Source of the DNA: Octopus sinensis
Lineage: Eukaryota
Direction of reading: 5' to 3'
Assembly (NCBI RefSeq): GCF_006345805.1
Contig: NC_043011.1
Span: 36,034,464-36,098,463 of the forward strand
Length of the DNA stretch: 64,000 nucleotides
Shown: one piece after another, positions 1-12,184 of the stretch
Position numbering within the stretch: the stretch's first letter is position 1
Layout: each line of letters begins with the position of its first letter
Program-made: the position numbers and the translations under genes
The notes under the pieces: generated by a model
Databases searched by the model: none
What the model was told of the DNA's origin: nothing
Seen by the model: the letters and a program-made list of their open reading frames with translations, nothing else

Positions 1-1057
1 AGAATGCATTTATTCTCGAATAATTAGTGTCTTTGAAGAATAAACTATGCGACAACTATTTTGCAACAATACACCAAAATTTGTCACCTAAGAAGCATCG
101 TCTTATGAAATACAAAAGTATTTCATATCAACTACCTTTTATCTGTTATTTGTTTCAGTCATTAGACTACCGCCAGTCTTAGGCACCACTTTGAAGAGAT
201 AAACTCTTAGACAAGTTTCCATACAGTTGGATTGAACTGAGAACCACGCGGTTGCGAAGCAAACTTCCTACCATACAGCCACGTCAGTGCCTTAGAATAT
301 ATGATCTGAAATTATAAAAGCTGCTGTTGATTCTTTTTAAGGAAAATGAGAAATTCGTAAACGTGGCTTTATCGGAATAATGTGGTATCTACCTGCAACT
401 GTATGAGAATAACTAACGTTATTAAAAGAGGTGTATTAGTTAAATTGCTAAAGCATCATCACATAATAACTTACAGTATTTCTGCCAGCTTTCTACATTC
501 TGAGTTAAAATTCTGCGGATGTCTGCTTTGCCTTTTATCCCTCCAGAGTCGATAAAATGTAATCCTAGACAAGTACTAAACTTGAGGGTATCAACTAACA
601 CTTTTCTCTCGAAATTGCTGGTACCATGCTTAAATCAGAGACCATTATAAAACGGTTGTGGATTGGATATTTCTTCCTTTTTTTATGTTCTGAGATCAAA
701 TACTGCCGAGGCCAAATATGCATTTCGTTCTTACAGAGTCGACGAACTAAAATATCAGTCAACTATTAGAATTGGTGGTCCAAGCCTTCTGCCAATATTG
801 GAAAGAATTAAGAGAACGTTTTTGCTTCTAACTTTTCTGGATTAGGTTTCAGTGTCCCATAAATAATTTCGTATTTTCATGAATGGATATTTCGTGTGTC
901 ACATATATAATTTTACAAATTTAGAGTAAGTTGACAGTAAGTTGATACCTGTACAGTTTTAATAAAAAATCCCTTCAAATTTAAGGTGTTTTATAATCAT
1001 AGTAGTTAAGTCACAAAATGAGAGGATAGGTAAAGTACCATTATACTGAATATGTAC

Positions 1058-1291
1058 GAAGGCGGCGAGCTGGCAGAAACGTTAGCACGCCGGGCGAAAT
1101 GCGTAGCCGTATTTCGTCTGCCGTTACATTCTAAGTTCAAATTCCGCCGAGGTCGACTTTGCCTTTCATTCTTTCGGGGTCGATAAGTTAAGTACCAGTT
1201 ACGCACTGAGATCGATATAATCGACTTAATCCGTTTGTCTGTCCTTGTTTGTCCCCTCCGTGTTTAGACCCTTGTGGGTAGTAAAGAAATA
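1058..1291 (+). mobile_element. tRNA-derived SINE, family B, full length with 16-bp TSD
   Basis: Head GGCGGCGAGCTGGCAGAAACG with box-B-like GTTCAAATTCC and body GTCGACTTTGCCTTTCAT. TATACTGAATATGTAC is duplicated at 1042-1057 and 1292-1307. Confidence 0.9.
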
Positions 1292-1420
1292 TATACTGAA
1301 TATGTACTTTTATGGAAGGCCATAAAATTTTGGGTCAGCAATAATCTTACATAGAGACCATCTATTTTGGAAAATCTGATATCATTATAAGCATTACTGT
1401 TTAGGAGCAAACATCACAAA

Positions 1421-2217
1421 TCTTTTCTTCTATAGACACAAGGCTCCAAATTTTGTGGGGAGGGGGCCAGTAGATTAGATCGACGCCAGTACGCAACTGG
1501 TACTTAATTTATCGACCCCGAAAGGATGAAAGGCAAAATCGCCCTCGACGGAATTTGAACTCAGAACGTAAAGACATACGAAATACCTTTTTCTTTACTA
1601 CCCACAAGGGGCTAAACACAGAGAGGACAAACAAGAACAGACAAACGGATTAAGTCGATTATATCGACCCCAGTACGTAACTGGTATTTATTTAATCGAC
1701 CCCGAAAGGATGAAAGGCAAAGTCGACCTCGGCGGAATTTGAACTCAGAACGTAGCAGCAGACGAAATACGTATTTCTTTACTACCTGCAAGGGGCTAAA
1801 CACAGAGGGGACAAACAAGGACAGACAAACGGATCAAGCCGATTACATCGACCACAGTGCGTAACTGGTACTTAATTTATCGACCCCGAAAGGATGAAAG
1901 GCAAAGTCGACCTCGATGGAATTTGAACTCAGAACGTAACGGCAGCCAAAATACTGCTAAGCATTCCGGCCGGCGTGATAACGATTCTTATTTCTTTACT
2001 ACCCATAAGGGGCTAAACATAGAAGGGACAAACAAGAACAGACAAACGGATTAAGTCAATTATATCGACCCCAGTGCGTAACTGGTACTTAATTTATCGA
2101 CCCCGAAAGGATGAAAGGCATAGTCGACCTCGGAGGAATTTGAACTCAGAACGTAACCGCAGACGAAATACCTACGCATTTCGCCCAGCGTGTTAACGTT
2201 TCAGCCAGTTCACCGCC
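1421..2217 (-). mobile_element. Head-to-tail concatemer of four family-B SINE bodies
   Basis: One head at 2217. The tail marker TTCTTTACTACC recurs at 1591, 1775 and 1992, and the core ATCGACCCCGAAAGGATGAAAGGCA occurs four times. Confidence 0.9.
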
Positions 2218-4191
2218 TTAAACGTCACAAACATTAATAACTCTAATTACTTGCTTTTGTGTCGAAGAAGCCAAAGTAATGATTGAAATAGGTGCAAAAA
2301 GCCAAATTCACATTAATGCCAAAAGAGGTACGAATAAAACGTTATGAATTTCCTGAATCAGTTAAAGTATCAGCGTCTTTATTATTTATTGTATTTGTAA
2401 AAATTTCCTTGCGAGTAGAAGTTGAAATTGCTGCAAATGTGAAAATGGCACCTCACGACATGCTTAGATCGGTATAATTTTGAGTAGTAATGATGTAAAT
2501 AACAAAGAGATAACTTAGCAGGGTAATTCTGTCACTTGTCAGTCTTACCACCGCTACAAAAACATTTGTAAGGCATATTTGAAAGCGTCCTGCTGAAGAG
2601 AATCAACATTAATTTGATTGTGTTGTAGATGTTTTACTACCGCATCGGTGGAGTATGTTGTTGAAAGGGAATTATGGCAATTACCAGCGCCTCATGTGTT
2701 GTACCATCAAACTTTAGTTTACTATTTTCGAGTATGCCTTCACAGTAACAGATACAGTAAGCTACAAGAGTCTCATTTGGTGACATGGTTTCGGAAATTG
2801 TCACATGGTTCGTCGTCATCTTTACGGAGAAATACGAAGAGGTAGGCTGTGACCGCGCATTGGGATGCAGTCTACATAGATTCAGTTTTCGTTGACCTTC
2901 AAAGACTACAGAGCCGTCCTGGAGCTGACCTTCACCATTGTTCTTGAAATTAAGCCATGAAACTAGTAGTACCAGGTTGGAAGCCCAGCTGCAATACATG
3001 TAATGATAAAATGATTTTCTACCTTGAGGTGGGAATCAGTGAACAACTGAAGAAGCAAGAACATCAAGCTCCTGTACCCACTGTATCAAGAACTATTTTC
3101 TCTAGTGTAGGATTGTCTCAATAAACTATAAGTACCACAACTTTTCCAAGAAGCAAACAGCAGCAGAAAATGTTTAAATCCTCAAACATTTGCTAATATG
3201 TATCTTGTAGTTCAGCTTCTTTTTTTTTAATGTCTGAAATATTTTTTTATTTGCCTCAAACATCGTAAATAGAACGCATCATTGACAACACAAGTAGATT
3301 CCCCGAAGACATGTTGCTCAATTCTTTGTAATATTTCTGTAATGGAATGGTTTTTCAATGCAAATGACAGGCCGGCATATATAATCAACTACTTTGCCTT
3401 CTTATGTTCTCCGAGAAGCAGAACACCAATTACTACAACGAACGTGGTGGTGGTTGTAGTGGTAATGAAGATGATGATGAAGATGAGGAGGATGATGGCA
3501 ACAATAAAACCGGTAATCGTGATGATTAAAATGAGCAAAAATGACAAAAAATAATGCATAAAAAAGCTACATTAATACAACTGAAAAGACTTTCCATTCG
3601 ATGTAAAAGAAAAGAAATAAGATTAAAAACATTAAAATAAAATGAATAATTTAATATATAGCAATAAAATAAATTGTTGCTTTCATGTTTACATATGTAA
3701 GACACAGCAGAAGAACAATTAGCTGCTTAGAAGAAAACCAACCATAAAGATTCAGTGCTGTAATTTCTTCGTGACAAATGTGCAATGATATGGATAGAAT
3801 ACATGAAAAGACAAGATACTTCATTAATTACAATACTAGAATGGCAAATGATGCTTATAGTTTTAGTTTAAAAAGTGAATATCATAAGGAGATTTACTGA
3901 TGAAAGAAAACCGAATTCTCTACGTATCGATGTGCTGACGGCTATTTTGAACTCACTGCACAGTGGTAAGTTCACTGTTTTATATTTATCAAATTTTTGC
4001 TAGCATTTAAGCTACACCGAGACATGTAACGTATTTCCATGCTCAAAAGGATTCAAGGAAGAGGAAAATACGTTCTTCTTGTTTGTTATAGTAACTTTCA
4101 GCGTAGGAATCTGGTTGATGGTGTGGAACCCATTCCCCGCTTCTCCTTCTTTTTCATACCGAATACTTCAAAATTTCTAAAAGATCTGTGT

Positions 4192-4604
4192 AACAGGAGT
4201 GGCTGTGTGGTAAGTAGCTTGCTAACCAACCACATGGTTCCGGGTTCAGTACCACTGCGTGGCATCTTGGGCAAGTGTCTTCTGCCATAGCCCCGGGCCG
4301 ACCAATACCTTGTGAGTGGATTTGGTAGACGGAAACTGAAAGAAGCCTGTTATATATATATGTATATATATATAAGTGTGTGTGTATGTGTTTGTGTGTC
4401 TGTGTTTGTCCCCCTAGTATTGCTTGACAACCGATGCTGGTGTGTTTACGTCCCCGTCACTTAGCGGTTCGGCAAAAGAGACCGATAGAATAAGTACTGG
4501 GCTTACAAAGAATAAGTCCTGGGGTCGATTTGCTCGACTAAAGGCGGTGCTCCAGCATGGCCACAGTCAAATGACTGAAACAAGTAAAAGAGTAAAAGAG
4601 AGTA
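4192..4604 (+). mobile_element. tRNA-derived SINE, family A (head, TA/TG microsatellite, tail)
   Basis: Starts AGGAGTGGCTGTGTGGTAAG, contains CTTGGGCAAGTGTCTT, ends GACTGAAACAAGTAAAAGAGTAAAAGAG; homologous to several other copies in the window. Confidence 0.9.
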
Positions 4605-4774
4605 ACTTCATCTTTGTTAATTTCATTCACATAATCCCGAGACCCTTTGTTTGTCCTGTGCTGTTCCCTCTGAGTTTAACTCTATTTAGTTTGGGAAAAT
4701 AAATTTGTTATAGTAACTATCTTGGACAATAAGACTGAATTTGTTATATTCAAGTTATTGTTACTATAATTAGT

Positions 4775-5270
4775 GCCAGGAGAAGGGGCAAAGGCGAGTC
4801 ACTGGCGCCTTAAAACCAGTTGCTTCGGGTAGTTGGGACTCGATAGCCTTGACTGGCAGCCCAACTAGGAGATGGAAACTCCGATTTCAAACCTCCGCTG
4901 CCTTGCGGCAAGACCCCCCACCCCAACCCCCTGGGGAAGGCTAATGAAGTAAACCTCGACAAAAAATCCAGAGCTGGAGTCCCTAAGGTGGCCTGACATA
5001 ACACGTCATCACCGGCAACTCCTGCGACGCATCTGGTACCAAGCTGTATCGACCCGTCGTTCCCTTGGAGCTACCAGCTGCGTGGAGAAGGGGGGATCAA
5101 ACTGCATGGGCAACAGCTGCTCCCTCAGACAAACCTGCCCAGGCCTTGTAGCTCAACAGGAAGAGGGGTCGGCACAGCCACACCAGGATGTGCAGATAAA
5201 CCCACCATCTTTTCCGAGCTATACCATCGTCTCTCGAGACGGACGGATGCCGACGACGACGACGACGAGA
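4775..5270 (+). mobile_element. RTE-clade LINE 5'UTR-like fragment or non-autonomous derivative
   Basis: GC-rich block with GGCGCCTTAAAACCAGTTGCTTCGGG, GATTTCAAACCTCCGCTGCCTTGCGG and GCTGGAGTCCCTAAGG, motifs I recall from RTE/BovB-type 5'UTRs; ends in (GAC)n. Confidence 0.55.
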
Positions 5271-5611
5271 TCAAATAGCGGAGCTGGTGCACTACCGTAT
5301 CACAGCTAGGTGGTTCGCTCTTGGAACATTTCACTTTTCACAAAACAATTCCATTTTATATATATTCACTTCAGTTTGACACACACGCAAACATGTAGAG
5401 AGAATGCGACCTTTAAAATGAAACAATTATATAGAGAAAGAAATTGTAAAGATTATGAAAGATACTTCTCCAAGATGAATTCAGTTAGATCGTCGTGCAT
5501 TTGTACTAAACTATAGTGGCAATACGAATACTCCACAATAATTATTGTGGTGTACGGGTGTTTGCTCATTTAGAGCGTGTCTGAGGAGAAGGCCATAAAT
5601 GAAAAAGACAG

Positions 5612-5743
5612 TGATTTCAGATTTTGGCACGAGGCCAGCAATTTCAGTGTTTAACTGGGACTTGTTTTATTGACCCCGGAAGGATGAAAACCAAAATCGA
5701 CCTCGGCAGAATTTGAACTCAGAACGTAAAGACGGACGAAATG
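5612..5743 (-). mobile_element. Family-B SINE fragment
   Basis: TTGACCCCGGAAGGATGAAAACC...GAATTTGAACTCAGAACGT. Confidence 0.8.
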
Positions 5744-5954
5744 CTCTTTACTCTTTTTACTCTTTTACTTGTTTCGGTCATTTGACTGTGGCCATGCTGG
5801 AGCACTGCTTTAAGTGGAGCAAATTGACTTCAGGACTTCGTAAGCCTTGTACTTATTCTATCGGTCTCTTTTGCTGAACCGCTAAGTTACGGGGATGTAA
5901 ACACACCAGCATCGATTGTCAATCAATGCTGGGGGGACAAAAACAGACACAGAA

Positions 5955-5991
<37 letters not shown>

Positions 5992-6145
5992 CGTATATAT
6001 ATATATATATATATATACGACGGGCTTCTTTCAGTTTCCGTCTACGAAATCCACTCACAAAGCTTTGGTCGGCCTGATGCTATAGTAGAAGACACTTGCC
6101 CAAGGTAACACGCGGTAGGACTGAACCCAGAACCATGTGGTTGCT
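5744..6145 (-). mobile_element. Family-A SINE, 5' truncated
   Basis: Reverse complement of the family-A tail, central (TA)n/(CA)n, and head portion. Confidence 0.9.
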
Positions 6146-6699
6146 GCTAACGATTCTTGCCAGTTTGTCGCCTAAACATGAAAAAGATGTTAAAGTCAGT
6201 CGTAAAATGTTGGGTAACTGTTTTAGCATTTATGGAGAAAGATTTTGTATTTATTACTAAAGTATAGGTTTCAACAAGTACAGAATTAATGTAAGTGTCG
6301 TTGGTATGCGTAAAGTGAGAGAAAACAATATGGTGCAGAAGTGAGACAACGAAACGGCTAAGTATCAAATGAACAGCGAAATAGTTGTTGTGCGAAGGTG
6401 TAGTAACATGTGAAAAAGCTGACTAGAAATAAGGGTGTAGAGGGTTATTAAGATAATATTGGTTAATAACTAAATTTTTTCTCGGCAAGTATGGGAGATA
6501 AGAACGAATATGTTTGGGTGTTATTTTAAACTACCCACGAAGTCAAAGTGGCGCGATAAAAGAATTATCAAATGCATGTGAAAAATTGCACATTTGTTGC
6601 ACAAATGTAGGGAAAATAAATAATTAACAAATTAAATAATTCAGAGACATCAATAGCAAAGAAGGATAATAGGTGGGATCATCCGGTATTAACTATAAA

Positions 6700-6935
6700 C
6701 TAAGGCGGCGAGCTGGCAGAAACGTTAGCGCGCCGGGCGAAATGCTTAGCGGTATTTCGTCTGCCGTTTACGTTCTGAGTTCAAATTCCACCGAGGTCGA
6801 CTTTGCCTTTCATCCTTTCGAGGTCGATAAATTGAGTACCAGTTACGCACTGGGGTCGATGTAATCGACTTAATACCTATGTCTGTCCTTGTTTGTCCAC
6901 TCTGCGTTTAGCCCCTTGTGGGTAATAAAGAAATA
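6700..6935 (+). mobile_element. Family-B SINE with 15-bp TSD
   Basis: GGTATTAACTATAAA at 6685-6699 and 6936-6950; head GGCGGCGAGCTGGCAG intact. Confidence 0.9.
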
Positions 6936-7234
6936 GGTATTAACTATAAATAGCTGACAAATCTCTTTCAAACCTGACCCTATTAATATTTATCGGTTGA
7001 ATCAATTGTTCTTATTCTGCTTCAACCCTTATTCTTTTATTCCCATTATTCTGCTGTGAATCACAGAGTCAGTAATCTATCTTAGTCAAATGTTAGCATT
7101 TTAATATTGTAATACTGTGTACCAATCCTATTGGGCTCCTCATCGTCCTCCTATTTCCCTTATCAAGTCTTTCTCCATATATTTCTCCCTCTCCCCTCAC
7201 AGTGAAATTCACTTTCTGCCGATTAAAAATGAAG

Positions 7235-7676
7235 GGATCTTTTCGGTTTGAACGGCAGTTTTTTCTAGCGGGGTCTTATGAAATTGTCACCCATAATTAC
7301 GACCCTAGTATCGATCTATTGCATTTCAATCTGTTTTAGGGTTAGGGTTAGTTAGAGTTAGTTAGGGTTAAGGTTAAGGGTGGGGGGGGAGGGTATCTTT
7401 TTTTCTTCACAAATGTAAATAAACCCAATCTGTTTCTTAAACGAGGGATATATTCATACGGCACAGAATGTGATTTACCTCAATAGACATCAGTGATTGG
7501 TTGAAATTGCAGAAATTGAAGAAAAAACAACAAATATCTTACAAACTATAGAATTTTCTCAATAAAACCAAGAGAAAAAGATGTTTTATAAACACATTCT
7601 ACCAGTATACGAAGTTTAAAATTTTTTAGTTACCTAGAAATTATGTTAAAAACTGCCGTTCAAACCGAAAAGATCC
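7235..7676. mobile_element. MITE with 28-bp TIRs, 8-bp TSD and internal telomere-like repeats (Merlin-like)
   Basis: TIR GGATCTTTTCGGTTTGAACGGCAGTTTT at both ends; flanks AAATGAAG (7227-7234) and AAACGAAG (7677-7684); TTAGGG-like tract at about 7335-7380. Confidence 0.8.
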
Positions 7677-8925
7677 AAACGAAGTATAGAGACTGATTAG
7701 GATACCAAATGGTAGTAAAATATTGAAGGAAATGAAGATCTGCAGCAATTCAAAGTACATAACATGTTTGTGGTCCATTGGCTTTGAAACGTTATTTGGA
7801 AAGACATACTAAATACATTTGAGATGAGATCAGATTAATTTCTTGCCAAAAAAATTATTCTGAATGTGAAATTAGTTTTACTATCCCTTGCTGATTCGAT
7901 GTTTAGTTCCGGATCTGCGGTCAAAAGCATTCCACCCACGGCTCTCCTGCCCATTTGTAGAAGATTATATCTTTCAATGTATCCTTCTCTAAGACAATAA
8001 GCTGAGATTTAGCTGCTATTTTTAGTAGGTCATCTGAAATATTTTCAAAGTTCAAATACTCATTTCCTGAGTAAAACTGTAATGAGAATGAGTTTTTTTT
8101 TTTTTTTTGCTTGTTTATTTTTATTCTTACCTGGCTCGAAATGAAGATCGGTGTCCATGACTTTTGGGAAGTACCCATAACCCTTTGCTGATTAGTTGGC
8201 GGTAGGAGGTATTTTATCCTAAAATTGGAAACTTGACCCTGATGTTTATTAAATGCAACAAAGAGCCCGAAGTTAGTGTTAAACAGCGTAACTGTACTCA
8301 GCAAATAAGATGACTACAACATGGTGTAGCATTGTCATTGAAGTTCGTTACTGTTGAATTAAGTATTGAAAGATATATTATTCGTCTTTCATACTTTGAT
8401 ATTTAACAATGTTCTCCAATTGAACAATTTCTTTCCAAGCTCTCTTTATTCAATGGCTCCTCAATGTATGCTTCATAGAATATTCTACACAAATAGAATT
8501 AGTGTCGAGCATTCAGTACGTATGATAGCCAAACTTTCATTATCCGTGTATTGACAGCAACACAATTAATATTGAAAACTGCTGATCGTGAAGATGTCTT
8601 CACTAGAACACAATAGCTGCCTTTCTAAGCTCAGCAGATAACATAGTTTAGCACGTTGCCCTCACTTAAAGCTACAAGGCTAAGATAATTGTCAGCCCTA
8701 CACACGTAGTCTTACTGTTAGCGGGACACTTTAGTAATCTCCTTACCTGTATTGCTTGACATTTTAATTCAGTCCGATTTTAGTTGTTTTTTCTTCAAAA
8801 CAACCGGTCTTCTTGCTTCTCTTTTATTTATTCATATTATTATTATTATATTATTATTATTATATTATTATTATTATTATTATCATTATTGAGTGAGTGA
8901 GTGAGTGAGTGAGTGAGTGAGTGAG

Positions 8926-9440
8926 TCAGCAATGCATGCCATCAAAGTGACACTGGGGTAAAATATACGAGGCCCAGTATCCCCATCATGACTAACCGTT
9001 TGATAAGAGTACACCAGGCACATGCATGACAACCATACGAGGGGTATGTGAAAAGTTTTGAGCCTTGAAGCTTTGTACCTTTATCAGAAGTCTTGTACAT
9101 GTTTTGCTTTTTGAGGCTCAAGACTTTTCATACACCCCTCGTATGTCTGCAACATGGTGATCTCATATCAAGATTAACAACGCATGACTGTGCAGGTGGG
9201 CACCAGTTAGAATTTTCTTCAGGTCGAGTAGCCCATCCCACTCAAAAGGTCTCTGAATAAGGATGTGGGACGAAACACTCATGCTTCTAGAGGTGAATTA
9301 TTCAAACCCCAAAGAATTCCTCTCAACACATGGCTATGATGCTCCCCCGCTACTTCTGCTCGTGATCGGAGATGCACGTAACCTTTAGCCACTTAGGGAC
9401 ATGCTCAACAGATTAAGGTGAAAAACGGACAAGCAAACCT
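8926..9440 (+). mobile_element. Interspersed repeat family F, interrupted by a mini-MITE
   Basis: Its 3' part (CCTCTCAACACATGGCTATGATGCTCCCCC...CAGCCACT) recurs in reverse at about 49690-49790 and 52910-53000. Confidence 0.8.
9038..9141. mobile_element. 104-bp mariner-type mini-MITE
   Basis: TA TSD at 9036-9037 and 9142-9143; imperfect TIRs of about 28 bp, CGAGGGGTATGTGAAAAGTTTTGAGCCT and AGGCTCAAGACTTTTCATACACCCCTCG. Confidence 0.85.
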
Positions 9441-9842
9441 GGAAGATATGAAGGACTGGAAGTAATCTAAATATTGGAAAAGAGTTAGCTGTATCATAAT
9501 GATTCGCCTCGGGTTTCAAAATTCCGACATCAGAGCTGCTGTTGAATACTTAGTAAACACTGCAAAAACTGTAAGACGTGAAATGGACAGCTGCAAGGGA
9601 GACGTCGAAACATAGGCCAGGAGGTAGGAACACAGCGGGCGTTCTGGCTGGGTCTGCACGCCGAGATTCATCCTCACATCTTTGAACAGAGTCTTAGGCT
9701 GAGACGGGTATGAGAAGCTGCTGGAGACTGGTTAACACCTAGCTGGAGAGGGTTGTTGCTGAAAGGCCATGTATGAGGCAACAGAATTGGGCCTCTTACC
9801 ATACCGCCGCAAAGAATCAGAAGTGGTTATCAGTGAACCGTT

Positions 9843-9935
9843 GGCAAAGTCGACCTCGGCGGAATTTGAACTCAGAACGTAACGGCAGACGAAGCATTTC
9901 GCCCGGCCTGCTAACGTTTCTGCCAGCTCGCCGCC
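9843..9935 (-). mobile_element. Family-B SINE head fragment
   Basis: Reverse complement of GGCGGCGAGCTGGCAGAAACGTTAGC...GAGGTCGACTTTGCC. Confidence 0.85.
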
Positions 9936-10553
9936 TTTACAATATTTAATATTGCTGAAACTATGGTCATCATTAAAGAGTCGAATTTTTAAATTCCTTT
10001 CTTATTTCACTGTTTCTTCACTCGATTCTTCGTGATAAGAAGGAAAGTGATTTTTAGTCGACGTTTCAGCCTAGGTGTCTTCGAGGCTTCTTGAGATGCC
10101 GAAAGTAAATGCTTCGTGTTTAAATTCTAAATTCTAGTTTTGTTAGAAGACACTAATATACACACACGTACACACACGCACGATCAATAAAAGAATCAGG
10201 TTCATTATTAGATTCAACCCCGTAATTATGGAAAATAGCCTGGAAATAACTTGTAATTGGTATATTATTAAATTCAGAATTATCACAGCAAATTTGTATT
10301 ATTTCAGATGAACTGACGGAATAATTTACAGAGAAACGTGTGTTTGTGAAATAGCTGAGTGAACGAGAGTTTTTGATCAGTTCAACATATCATCGTATCC
10401 CTTATGTTTCACCATGTTTATCAAGCGTTTAAAATTTAACTGTTATTAGCAAATTGCATTAATCTAATTTCCTTGATTAACCAATTGAAAGCTTTGACTG
10501 AACAACCAATCAAGAACTTAATGATGATAACCTGCCAAACGAGTCTATTTTTA

Positions 10554-10836
10554 TTATTACTCCGCCTTCGTATTACTTACAGTCGTGTTTGTTTGTTTGT
10601 TTGTTTGTCCGTGGACAAGATATCTCAAGAACTGCTGGATGGATTCGAATGAAACTTTTAGGGATGTTTGGCCTCGTGACTGGTACGAACTGATTAGATT
10701 TTGGGATCGATCTGGTACCGGATAAGAATTCTGAATTATTTTTCCTGTTTTTTCTTTAATTTTTGAGAGCAGTCGGGTTCATTTTTTAGTATTCTCTTTT
10801 GTGAGAGCAGTCGAGTTTATTTCAGATATTCTCATT
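10554..10836 (+). mobile_element. Helentron-associated (HINE/DINE-like) non-autonomous element, 5' part
   Basis: TTATTACTCCGCC start, (GTTT)n tract, then GGATGGATTCGAATGAAACTT; this layout is typical of the class. Confidence 0.55.
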
Positions 10837-10839
10837 TAA

Positions 10840-12000
10840 AAAATCCTCTCTGGCTGATCATTGAAAAGACATTGGTGTTGCCTCCCATATACCTTGGAAG
10901 GCGAGCTTCCAGAATTATGGTAGAGGAGATCCCACCCAAAATTAATGTGGCCTGGGTGGCGGCTGCTGTACTTCTCGGTAACGAGGATGAAATAGCAGCC
11001 CTTCGGGCCACCATGACTGGAAATACCATTTGGAGAGGACAAACGTTAGATATGATCATTCAGGGATCACAAGAAAATTTGGAAAGCATGACAGAGACAG
11101 TTACAATTGAGGACACGGTGCTGAGAGTGAGGGCAGAATCCCTCGACGCTTTAAATGTGGTCTAAAGGGGTCACATCAGAGCATACTGCCCTTCACCAAG
11201 CAAGAAGACCCAGGAGGAACCAAGGGAGGATTCAATGAGAGCGAAGGAGGATTTACCATTGGAAACAATGAAGACGACGAGACGCGGAAGACAGTGGAAA
11301 GTAAGAACTCAAGAAAAAGGTAGAAGACAAATCATAAAAATTTGAACACCCAACCCACACCTTCTCAGCCCACACAGACGCCAAACCTACCCACTCCTTT
11401 CCGACACACAAACAAAAGAAGAAATCACAAGCACACAAGAACCCTCAAACTCCCTCCTCCAAGATAAAAAAGAAAAAATTGTTCAACGATAATGTACGAT
11501 GACGCTAATGAAGAGTTGTATGATGAGGTAAGATCTTGGAATGATAATCTTGGCAATGGAAACAAACGGTTTTCGATAACATCAAGGGTTGGCATTGCTT
11601 TTTATTACTTTCGGAGGCTCAAAGAAAGAGGGTATTGAAGTATAAAGGTGGATATAAGATGTGGGAGGTGGAAGTGGATAGGAATGATATGCCAGGCTGT
11701 GCGACCTATGAGGAATTATTGAAAGAACACGGGATAGATATTTTGGAAGGATCAGGATATAAAAGAAATTAAAGGCATAAATGAAGGTGCTTGGAGGTAG
11801 AGCCGAGTGTCTTCATTACATCTTTCATTTTCATCTTGTCATTACATGTTTTTCATACGTTGTCCTATTTTCCCCTGTCTTGTGTCCCCACATGTCATGT
11901 ATTGTCTCCTCTGTGTTCGCCCCACGGTGGGCAATAAAAAGAGGGCGTTGGTGTTGCCTTGGCGGAGGTTTGCGCTCTCTGTGTGTTCTTGTTTAGTTTA
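10840..12000 (+). mobile_element. Degenerate L1/Tx1-like LINE: ORF1 remnant with CCHC knuckle joined to a 3' end
   Basis: ORF 10872-11165 runs into a frameshifted (C>R)FKCGLKGHIRAYC (CX2CX4HX4C) at 11147-11189; pyrimidine-rich 3'UTR-like tract with AATAAA near 11934. Confidence 0.6.
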
Positions 12001-12184
12001 ATTTTTAAGAACCTAGCAATTCCTTGTGAATTGATTTGGAAGATAGAAACTGTGCAGAAGCCTATCGTGTTTACAAATGCCTTTACACGGTTTCATGACT
12101 GGCATCTAAATACAGAGAAATTAAGAATACTTTGTTGTATTCATCTGATGATTGAGTATATTCTTTTATGTTTTTATTATTGTT

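Noticed and set aside
7335-7382. Telomere or chromosome-fusion site
   Set aside because: Short degenerate tract lying inside a TIR-bounded MITE.
9600-9780. Possible RLE-type LINE 3' end (EVG..R motif)
   Set aside because: Resemblance too weak and stop-ridden to call without a search.
10030-10075. Hammerhead-like CUCGAAGA...CUGAAACGUC on the minus strand
   Set aside because: The core has an insertion, stem II is poor and there is no stem I; at best a Penelope terminal remnant.
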